A DNA stretch of 64,000 bases from Ophelia neglecta (lineage: Eukaryota): assembly GCA_965285935.1 (NCBI GenBank), contig OZ260663.1, positions 55,056,001 through 55,120,000 of the forward strand, written 5' to 3'. Shown here one piece after another: positions 56,601-64,000 of this stretch; position 1 is the stretch's first letter; every line of letters begins with the position of its first letter. Made by a program: the position numbers and the translations under genes. The notes beneath the pieces were generated by a model. The model searched no databases and was not told the DNA's origin. It worked only from the letters and a program-made list of their open reading frames with translations.

Positions 56601-59600
56601 CGAGCTGGGCTGACAGAGTCAGGTGGTGTGTAGGGGAAGCATTGATATACCTGTGTGAAACACAATGTTTCCATCACAGCTTGAGGATTTCCTTGACGAG
56701 GATGCCATCTCGCCATCCATCAGTTTGAGAAATGGCTCAGTAAAGCAGATTCGAGTGGCCCAAATATCAGGGCATGAGCAAGCCTTGGGCAGGGGAGATG
56801 AGATGCTAGCAGGAAGGCCTGGGGGCCTCATGTCCACCCCAGCAGCCAGGAAATACCTCTACCGCCAGGGATTTAATTACAAAATGAGATTAGGCACTGA
56901 ATGTGAGACTCGCCTGAAATCAGCCATCACATCAATCCTGTACTGCCGCCATCCAGGATTAGGTCCAAATCACATTTATCCTAGAGAACAATCTACCTGT
57001 TTCACACTTTGTCATCTTTTTACTTGTCGTCCACGGGCGATGGAATGACAGCGAAAAATGCTGGCCCTGCACAAATTAATCTCTCAAAGCTTCTTGTCAA
57101 TAAGTTTCCCCCCATCATCTTAGAAATACAGCCCTTGGCTTCAAGCAAATGCTGCCTTTCATTAAATTGTCGCTTAATAACAAGACAACCTGACGTTTGA
57201 CAATCAGCAATAGGCACCACACAATCATGCATAATTTCTTTATTGATGATCACGAAATATCGTTTGTCTAACTGTACTTGGACTCAATCATGTAATTGAA
57301 ATGAGTGAATTTAAATGATTTGCTGGCAATTGAGTTTCCGATTGTGTGTGCAAGCAATATAATTGTGTGGAAATGAGCTTTGGAGAGGTTCGCCGGGAAA
57401 TCAACAGCAAATTTCCTCTCATTGCAGCACTCGGCATCGCTTCCTTATCTCAAGTGTTCACTTTGTACTCAGCAATTTTTCTCCATTTAAAGATCATTGA
57501 GGATTTTCGCTGGCTACAAAGGCAGAGGAGTGCTGGAGCATTTTGTCACAGAAAGGTAAGAGATGAAGATCACTTGATCACTGGCTTGGAGAAAGATACC
57601 TATTCATTTTAACACCAACAACAAGTCAACACCCAAGGGTAGTCCCCACTATGAATTGACAATCACTTTTCTGCAGCCATTCTGCAATAATTGATAATAC
57701 AAGAGCAAACAGCAAGCTGCAGTCTGGATTGTTTTCTGTTCCGTGCACAGCATTAGTCCACACTCCTGTCGCAATTGACTCAATCGTCCCCCATTACACC
57801 AAATTTTGCAAATCAACAGCATTGGCTCGGTCAAATATTAGGGCTATCGTCTGACAACAGAGACATTGTTGCATGCGGAAGCCGAGTCGTTGATTAGCAG
57901 CGAAGATGAACAAATCCTGTCAGAGAACAAATCGGCGGGCCTTGACAATTCCGTAATTGCATGCCGAGTAAATATTAGGACTCCTGCTCCGGCAATCTAA
58001 TAGACGCAGAGCCTGTGATTGCACACCACAAATGAGCTGCCTGGTTAACTGCAGAGTATCAAGAGGAATTGACTGGCATTAAATCTTGTCCTGCTTCTTT
58101 CTCGCCATTTTTTGGCAACAAGGGATGTTTATTTCCGCAAAGCAACACGACTGAAGGGCTTCTAGCATTGATGGATGCAAATAAAAAAACTAACAGTCTG
58201 ACTAAAAAATGCAGTGCATCAATAACTGTGACAGCTGCCAAAAGTTGTGGAATTTTATTTTAACAAATCATTCATGTGGAAGCAAGTGTTGCTAGAACTG
58301 GCCACAAAAGGAAAAGTAACCTACAGTATATTGAATAAGGATATCAAGTGGCATTCAGGTACACTATGGCTGACAAGAATAATCTATAAGATGCCACAAT
58401 TATAGCTTTTAGGTTTTGCTTTCATCAAAAGTTAAAATGGATTATTGTTGCCGACAATCCTTCCAGGTTAACTACATAATATATGTACAAGCCTAATGCC
58501 CGACCTCTGTCCTAGACTGCTGGTCTTACAGGCTGTCCAACAAAGGATCTCCTCACTATTTAGCTCATGTCACCCAATCTATTAGCCATATTAACTAATT
58601 CCCAGAAGCATGTTCCTGGTGCATAATAAAGATGCCTAATCCTCTGAGCTGAGCAATTGTATTTATCCATCCTGTCAATGCAGGTCCCCCAGGTTTGATC
58701 AACTGAAATGGTACAACATTCTTGTCAATCTAGAAACAAGATGGTGTATGATTTGTAAACATAAACAGGGGGCAGGGGGTATTACGCTCTTTAAAACAGC
58801 CTGAGTTTCTTGTCACTAATCTTTAACATAGCAGGCTACTCTTTATATGTTTATTGGGAGAATTGCATTGCAACATGTGCACATACAATTAAAACATGTT
58901 TAATATAAAGGCCTGTAATATCTGTGTTACACATACCCGGTATTCACTTGTGAGTGGTATGTTTGACTGTACTATTGGTACAGTCAAACTCATATGCAGT
59001 CATGTAATATTTGATATGCCATGCTCACATAATGGGAGCAATATTCAGCCATTTCCTATAATATTATCTCCCTTATTAACTTTAGCCTGCAATACAAAAG
59101 TGTTACCATTCTGACTTCTAATATGCTTCAGTAGACAAAAGATGATGGCTTAAGGATAAAACTATCACATGTCCAAGATTTCATACAAGGACTGGTAAGC
59201 CAATGATAGGCCATCAAAAGTTCATAAAATAGGTTTAATGTATGAAAAATCTGCTAGAGATTGAAAGGCTGTACTTAAATGACCCAGACAACTCAAGGAG
59301 CATAATACCACATTATTTTGGCAAATTGGCAATTTGGGTGTGGCTTACAGTGAAGAGGTATCAAAACTGTAAAAATACAACATTAAATCTAGCTCCACCT
59401 TCAGTCCGTGCCTCAGAGATACATTTAGTCTCCCCCTTCTGATTGGACAACTGTTTCCAGCAACACCATATTCGGCCCATCTTGGTAGACAGGTTACCCC
59501 GTACATAATGATTAATGCTGTAAAACACTTCATAATATTTACAACAGTGATGTAATAAATGCAGGCCTGATTAATAATTGCCTGTTTAAGCCACCTCAAG

Positions 59601-62600
59601 CAGAGTGGACTTGACATATACTTGTATAGTTAATATGGTAGATTAGTTTGTGTCCACTATGATTAACAATAACTGACAAAGACTTTATGTATCTACACGA
59701 ACATTAAGATGGTGTGTACTTTATCAGTTAACATTGCTTAAATGTAAATAATACAATTTTATCTGAAAATGAATAATAATAGTAAAGGCTTCTCAAAACC
59801 ATCAATGTTTACTTTAGACAATATTCATATTATAATATAAATTGATCCTTGTGCATGAAAAATTCATCAGTCTAGGTAGGCTCTGGCTCCTGTGAAATGT
59901 CATAATTGAGAAAATATGATGTCTACTAACACGAAGGAGACCTGCTAGGATCTTCCGGCAGTTTCATGTTGACTTTTGCGAGTGCCCAAAATATTAGTTC
60001 AACGACTTTAGCCACTATCGGTGCAGGATTGGTCACAAATCGGCAGAGAATCATGCCGTCTCGTAAACCTATCCTTGCCATTTAGCAGCCGGAGACATGT
60101 ACTTTACAAACAAGACCCGAGCGATGCTGCAGCAACAGGGAGGTAGCCAGGTTAAAGTTTCTCTAAAACAACAGTTAATTCTGTAGAGGTGAATGCTATC
60201 ACAGAACATCAGAACGTAGTGTCTGGCTCCTGTGACTTCGAAACCTTGAGAAAACTGCCCCAGGATAAATTTATATCCCTTGGTCAATGGAGAGAGTTGG
60301 GGGTTATGTGACTTGATAGTAGCTACACTGATTCTAGGGAGAACATTCTTGAAACCTATTCCATAGGTCAAGATGCACAAAAACAATCCAATCTGACAAT
60401 ACAGCACAGAATTATATATCCATTTACTCCAGATCTGACTATCTGTGCAATATCAAACTACATTTATCCATAGGTCATCAAAATAACCCTGATATTCCTC
60501 TCTCTCTTTCCCACCCTAAAATACAACTCTACCAAAATATCAAGATGTTTCAGTAGTGTAACAAATTCACCGAGACTTTGGTAGAATGGCCAGTTGATTG
60601 TTTAACTCAGATTTGTGATCCCAGAGGAGGCTATAAAATCTTGGAAACCCTGACTGCCCATATAACTATTGCTAATAGCGGGCTAAATCCATGGCAACCA
60701 TCTCTCATTTTGCCATAAATCACACATGCCTAGCTTGCAAGGTCTGAGCATGAAATTAAATCTACAACCTAGGCATCCATGTGCATTGTGCTGGAGAAAT
60801 GCTTCCTGTAAATGTGAAGTCTCCAAACCATAAACTACCTTATGGACTTTTTGTCTTTACGTAAATTTGTTTCATCTCATCATTGCAGGAAAGAAATAAT
60901 TTTCTATTTTTTTTTCTTCAAATACAAATTTCCTAAGAATTACCCATAAAATATTTTATATTACAAATGATCCAATGTGGTGGCAAACTGGCTATGCACG
61001 GAAGTAAAGCATACTGGTATTTAATTTTGAAAACTGAACTCTCAGTTTTCAACACATTGATAATGAACATTTTAAGTAAAACTGTCCAACAATGACCTCC
61101 AATCTATATCTGATCAGCTGAGGTTCCTCACATCAGATGCCCGGTAATTAACCTGAGGGAGGGCAATTCATGTATTCTACTAAGAATTAACTTTAAGCAC
61201 ATACTTGAAAGCCCTATTCCTGCCAAATTGAATGGAATTTTCTTATATATGTGTCAATATTTACACAGAATTATGCTGATGGTAAGCAGTTAGGCTTTTT
61301 GAGCTAATGAAGTGGGCTGTGTTCATTCACCAGAACAGAATCTCTTCAGAAAATGGCCCGTAAATCATACAGCTATTTACTGGCAACATGATTTCATTGC
61401 TAACCTCTCCGAGCAATTGGTGTGAAAATGCTGATCCAGTTATTCCTAATGAATAATCATTGAATGGCTATGAACATAGGCCTGACTTAATACTTTGTAT
61501 ATTTGTTTGATCAATCTTTGTAGTATGTACTTTTGACACAAGAAAGGCATTTAGTTGAACTCCCTACAGCCATGACTGAGCCTGCCCCTAATACAAACCT
61601 AATAAAATATATGCAATAGTGGAGACTGTGTGGTACACTTGAGACACCTTTGGCCTGTTGATTTTTCGTTAACTACAGGTACTTGTATTTGTATAAAAGA
61701 ACACACACAAAAAAGATATATGTGTTCATGCACTTTTACATCAGAAATATAACGAAAGGTTTTTAACTTACAGTAAAGAATTTTGATTACAAAATAACCC
61801 CCCTCAAAGCTTCAATAAAACTTGATTTCAACCACTCTAATTGTGTTGTTTGTTCATTCGTGAACTCAATTTCCAATTACTAAAATTCCATTAGCAGTAA
61901 TTAAACAAGATTTCCCTTGGTATTCATCATTTGTTCATTGGAGGATGGATATATTAAGAGAACTACCAATCTAAAGAATCATCTGGCCATATAGAGCATG
62001 TCAGACAATAAATGGGGATGAACAATACGTCTAGGAAAGTGTGCTGCAGATCATTAGGGCTGTCCATCCAAAAGGAGAGAACTGGTGGACAAAAGTCAAG
62101 TAACAAAAGGTGATTCCACCTGACTGAATGTCTAAAGGTGTCTTCCTATTTCAACCAGTCCAGCAGACCAATGAGACGTATTAAATGTTTAAATACAAAC
62201 GCCTGGTTATACTGGAGGGGAGTTGTGATAATATGTGTCTTTACATACGGTAATTAAGGGTTCAGGTGCCCTTTAGCCCCACTAGCACACAAGCCGTGAG
62301 AAGCTACCTTGAGGTGACTCAATTGGCAAGCCAACCAAACTATTACCTAGCGGGAAGTTCATATCGCCATAGCAACTCAACAAAAGGGCCTGCCTTCAGT
62401 TGACATTGACAGGCTTAAAGCTTTGACAAACAGTGAGGTTCACGTTCACGCTTAGCCTCCTCCTTGCATACCTATCACATTATTTTGCATATTCATGAGG
62501 CTCGGATCATGTATCTTTAAGTATAATGGCTGGTGACGAAAACTATCATAACTTTGTAATTCTTTATCAAACCAATTTTATTCCTATGAAAGTAATAGGA

Positions 62601-63003
62601 TGCACATGTGACATGTACTTTTCAGATGAGATAAGTTGAGAATTTGGCAAGTACGCCCAACAAGCAATCGAAATGTGTATAAAGTGATATTCCACTATCC
62701 TCCTCCCATGTACTAGTCAATCACTCATACAAAATGGCTGTTTAAATACCAGAGGCGCCAGGCAGTCTGGCTCGACTACCTCACTGGGCCAGCCGGCTAT
62801 TTTTAGTCAAGGCAATCCGCAGTGATCCCCAGAATTTCCTCAAATCTTACCAACAATGAATCACACTAGGAAAAAGATTTAATTTCAAGAAAATTAATAA
62901 GACTAGGAAAAGCAGATTACTCACGACATGAGCTTCGATAGTACGGATTTTGGTAATAGGGATGGTGTCCATGATGGTATGGTTGCTTTTGATATGGGTA
63001 CAT
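2550..63003 (-). CDS. TCF12: Multi-exon class I bHLH E-protein gene (TCF3/TCF4/TCF12/daughterless family); AD1-coding 5' end probably outside the window
   Basis: Chain of GT-AG-bounded exons with consistent phases. Encodes family hallmarks: [69 protein letters not shown]-(L/I)RVRDIN-AFKELG...[24 protein letters not shown]. Symbol is for the most similar-looking vertebrate paralogue; likely co-orthologous to TCF3/4/12. Confidence 0.96.
4196..4320 (-). CDS. TCF12: C-domain exon (E)[40 protein letters not shown](K); tandem donors at 4201 and 4196
   Basis: Acceptor ttatttccag|, invariant E-protein C-domain motif, donors CCG|gtaagg and AAG|gtatgt. Confidence 0.95.
4688..4833 (-). CDS. TCF12: HLH exon B (mutually exclusive): [48 protein letters not shown]
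   Basis: 146 nt, phase 2 in and 1 out. Acceptor tctctcttcccccacag|, donor GAG|gtaatg. Intact E-protein HLH. Confidence 0.95.
4873..5134 (-). promoter_or_regulatory. Four UGCAUG (Rbfox) splicing elements between HLH exons A and B
   Basis: CATGCA on + at 4873-4878, 4877-4882, 5116-5121 and 5129-5134. Confidence 0.65.
5198..5343 (-). CDS. TCF12: HLH exon A (mutually exclusive): [48 protein letters not shown]
   Basis: 146 nt, same phases as exon B. Acceptor cccaacag|, donor GAG|gtaaaa. Open frame, 34/48 aa identical to exon B. Confidence 0.92.
5628..5717 (-). CDS. TCF12: Acidic plus basic-region exon [29 protein letters not shown](R)
   Basis: 90 nt, phase 2-2. ttttacag| and AAG|gtaagg. E-box-reading RRxANNARER motif. 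Confidence 0.95.
6933..7134 (-). CDS. TCF12: Exon [24 protein letters not shown]...PPSKRSR(Q)
   Basis: 202 nt, phase 1-2. tttatag| and GCA|gtaagt. IKxE motif at the equivalent position to vertebrate IKTE/IKSE. Confidence 0.9.
7364..7439 (-). CDS. TCF12: Exon [25 protein letters not shown]
   Basis: 76 nt, phase 0-1. ttatttcag| and ATA|gtaaga. Required to bridge the phases of its neighbours. Confidence 0.85.
7500..7635. repeat. Degenerate local repeat
   Basis: ccctgggtatat x3 and gattatgagggag x2. Confidence 0.65.
8584..8880 (-). CDS. Candidate cassette exon encoding a 99-aa Tyr/Asn/Gln-rich low-complexity segment
   Basis: Open frame starts exactly at acceptor cttcctttag| (phase 0) and reaches donor TTG|gtagga (phase 0). 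Second acceptor atattttag| at 8861 (phase 1). Strongly biased composition. Confidence 0.5.
9716..9729. promoter_or_regulatory. RFX X-box GTTGCTATGGAAAC
   Basis: Fits the 14-bp X-box consensus GTHNYY-AT-RRNAAC. FOX-type motifs nearby: TGTTTAC 9796-9802 and ATAAACAAA 9872-9880. Confidence 0.45.
10677..10717. repeat. 21-bp tandem duplication
   Basis: taattttccccatactttcc(a) x2. Confidence 0.8.
11279..11464 (-). CDS. TCF12: AD2 helix exon [30 protein letters not shown]...MESHM
   Basis: 186 nt, phase 0-0. ttcttatag| and ATG|gtaaga. Conserved [12 protein letters not shown]. Confidence 0.95.
12915..12974 (-). CDS. TCF12: 60-nt cassette exon, duplicate AD2 helix [20 protein letters not shown]
   Basis: ccaatag| and GAG|gtaacc, phase 0-0. 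13/20 aa identical to the start of the next exon. Absent from the ORF track. Confidence 0.88.
13668..13753 (-). CDS. TCF12: Exon (G)[28 protein letters not shown]
   Basis: 86 nt, phase 1-0. gtttcag| and CTG|gtaagc. Resembles TCF12 SQWPRPGG..SPSYENSLHSL. Confidence 0.92.
13762..13855. repeat. Degenerate ggtgagaa repeat in the pyrimidine tract upstream of exon 13753
   Basis: Repeated (g)gtgaga(a) units, UUCUCACC in the pre-mRNA. Confidence 0.55.
14290..14492. promoter_or_regulatory. Intronic E-box cluster (8 CANNTG)
   Basis: CAAATG 14290, CAACTG 14301, CAGCTG 14311, CAGGTG 14319, CAATTG 14350, CAGATG 14388, CACATG 14479, CAAGTG 14487. Confidence 0.4.
14801..14882 (-). CDS. TCF12: Exon [27 protein letters not shown]
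   Basis: 82 nt, phase 0-1. tatttcag| and CAG|gtaaga. Resembles [22 protein letters not shown]. Confidence 0.94.
15047..15094. repeat. 24-bp tandem duplication
   Basis: gatctgctcaagatattaaaccaa followed by gatctgctcaaggcattaaaccaa. Confidence 0.85.
19339..19569 (-). CDS. TCF12: Exon GYHPMSP...[10 protein letters not shown]...[15 protein letters not shown]
   Basis: 231 nt, phase 0-0. tttttgcag| and TCT|gtaagt. Conserved LPPMSSF, PPING and [10 protein letters not shown]. Confidence 0.95.
21425..21576 (-). CDS. TCF12: Exon (D)[50 protein letters not shown]
   Basis: 152 nt, phase 1-0. tttcatcag| and ATG|gtaagt. DG..DPWS motif as in TCF4. Confidence 0.9.
23756..23890. mobile_element. Possible non-autonomous transposon fragment with internal repeats
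   Basis: CpG-rich patch in a CpG-poor intron. ggtgaaagg(c/t)ga x3 (23782, 23802, 23871) and hairpin ggcgaa/ttcgcc. Family not identified. Confidence 0.35.
24591..24696 (-). CDS. TCF12: Exon [35 protein letters not shown]
   Basis: 106 nt, phase 0-1. tttttccag| and CAG|gtaaaa. Resembles VYAPSP..RESPSYPSPK. Confidence 0.93.
27102..27161 (-). CDS. TCF12: Alternative first coding exon [20 protein letters not shown] (HEBAlt/TCF4-A 'Alt'-like)
   Basis: ATG-initiated 20 codons ending at TCA|gtaagt, phase 0 into the VYSPS exon. Same position and similar start to vertebrate MYCAY(P/T)...YYYNGK. Confidence 0.82.
43075..43124 (-). CDS. TCF12: NLS exon (G)[16 protein letters not shown]
   Basis: 50 nt, phase 1-0. 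tatttccag| and TCA|gtaagt. Basic cluster at the position of vertebrate KKVRK. Confidence 0.88.
43944..44093. repeat. Degenerate minisatellite, about 3 copies of a 55-65 bp unit
   Basis: tggctNgctcta...attgcaattYatatcctac repeated, with an internal (atatg)n run. Confidence 0.65.
44508..44610 (-). CDS. TCF12: Exon [34 protein letters not shown]
   Basis: 103 nt, phase 0-1. tcttttcag| and GAG|gtaaag. KPGSxYY motif. Confidence 0.9.
51899..51922 (+). repeat. Poly(A) tract
   Basis: About 24 consecutive A. Confidence 0.85.
52042..52097 (-). CDS. TCF12: Exon [18 protein letters not shown]
   Basis: 56 nt, phase 1-0. tttttcag| and CAG|gtaagt. YSRD motif as in TCF12. Confidence 0.85.
54392..54476 (-). 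CDS. TCF12: Exon [28 protein letters not shown]
   Basis: 85 nt, phase 0-1. cttttccag| and TGA|gtaaga. Resembles SPTPFMNSNLM. Confidence 0.87.
54941..55053 (-). CDS. TCF12: Gly-rich exon [37 protein letters not shown]
   Basis: 113 nt, phase 1-0. gttgcag| and AGG|gtaagt. W...PSY..R ending as in the vertebrate exon. Confidence 0.88.
62925..63003 (-). CDS. TCF12: Probable alternative first coding exon [26 protein letters not shown] (in-frame upstream ATG at 63030 also possible)
   Basis: 79 nt, donor GTC|gtgagt, phase 1 matching the exon at 55053. Non-random Tyr/His/Pro composition, no upstream pyrimidine tract. Confidence 0.65.
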
Positions 63004-64000
63004 TCTCGACCAGCAAGACTCTCCTATCATTACTATGTGTAAGCCACGCTCACTTTCAACACAGTTCCTGCTATTCCAATACACACTTCTAATTATCCAA
63101 TAAATCAGTGACAAGGGAATTCCATGCTCAAAATGTCCTATGTAGAGTTCCTCGGCAAACTTCTGGCTGTATTTTTGCTTGTCCTCTGTGGCAAACTATG
63201 TACAAGTATGAATGCAAACAGAGCTGACTGCACGTTATCGCACCTTTCTCCTCTGGCCGCGAGGGAACCCCAGGTCTCAATTTAAATATTTGTTCTTTGC
63301 AGCTATGTTTATCTACGTCACTTGAGTCTGTCATATAACATAAGAATTTATCCTTTTGCCCTCAGCCAATAGCTGTCTTATCATTTGCAGATCTCCGAAG
63401 TTATAAACTATGCGCAAGGATTGCCTGTTCGAGGGGATCATTCACAACTTTTATCACTTCAAAAAAGTTGCTTACACCAATCCATTTTTCAACAGGGAAC
63501 ACCAATAACACAAAGCAAACTTTTTAACAGCGAATATACGTCTATTAACACAAACTGGTAAACATGCTTTACAAGTTACAGACGACTTACATACACAATT
63601 AGGGGCTAAGGGTACAAAAGCAGTGATTCCCTCAAGATTGTTTGGAATGCCTCTACCTTTGCCCCCACCCACATTAGGAGATTCCGCTGTACAGTGTGTG
63701 AGAGGGCCCATAAATTGTACCCTTGTGTCACACAAACAAAGGTCCCTGCCTCTCCGAGGGTGTAGAGTTGCACGTTCAGGTCATTTATCACACATAGAGA
63801 GGTATTCCCTGGTGCCGCTATGTCTAGCTGGGCAAACTCTTAGCCAATCAACAAATAGTTGTGACTCAGCAAGCATGACCGAGTTAGCTTGGCTTGGTAG
63901 ACATGCTGGCGCCCAAACAACCCAATACATAATACAGCTGCTAGTAAAATGCATGCAATCTAGGGACTCTCTCTTATCTGAGACTTGGCTAGTAAAAAAA

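Noticed and set aside
56665-57048. QLEDFLDE as the AD1 LxxLL motif
   Set aside because: It is on the plus strand, opposite to the gene; the resemblance is superficial.
1-64000. CRISPR arrays, operons, tRNA/rRNA genes, autonomous transposons
   Set aside because: Spliced eukaryotic locus; no repeat-spacer arrays, RNA gene signatures or long TE ORFs seen. Short RNA genes could be missed without covariance-model searches.

Overview
This is animal genomic DNA: AT-rich introns with canonical GT-AG splice sites. Almost the whole window is one minus-strand gene encoding a class I bHLH E-protein, the invertebrate-type co-orthologue of TCF3/TCF4/TCF12 and Drosophila daughterless. I traced a phase-consistent chain of coding exons from 63003 to 2550, giving about 692 aa with the short C-terminus. 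It maps almost one-to-one onto the human TCF12 exon layout as I recall it. The AD1 exons (ELSDLLDF) are not in the window and probably lie beyond 64000. The notable feature is a combinatorial isoform system: (1) two tandem 146-nt HLH exons that must be mutually exclusive, flanked by Rbfox and QKI motifs and long-range complementary intron segments; (2) a 60-nt cassette duplicating the AD2 helix; (3) a HEBAlt/TCF4-A-like alternative first exon (MFCTYPYY...) plus another Tyr-rich first exon; (4) a candidate 99-aa prion-like Y/N/Q cassette near an RFX X-box and FOX motifs; and (5) a dual-frame last exon where alternative splice sites give either a short tail or a ~274-aa extension. All splicing is predicted from sequence only. 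The species cannot be determined; a non-vertebrate bilaterian is my inference. No RNA genes, CRISPR arrays or autonomous transposons were recognised.
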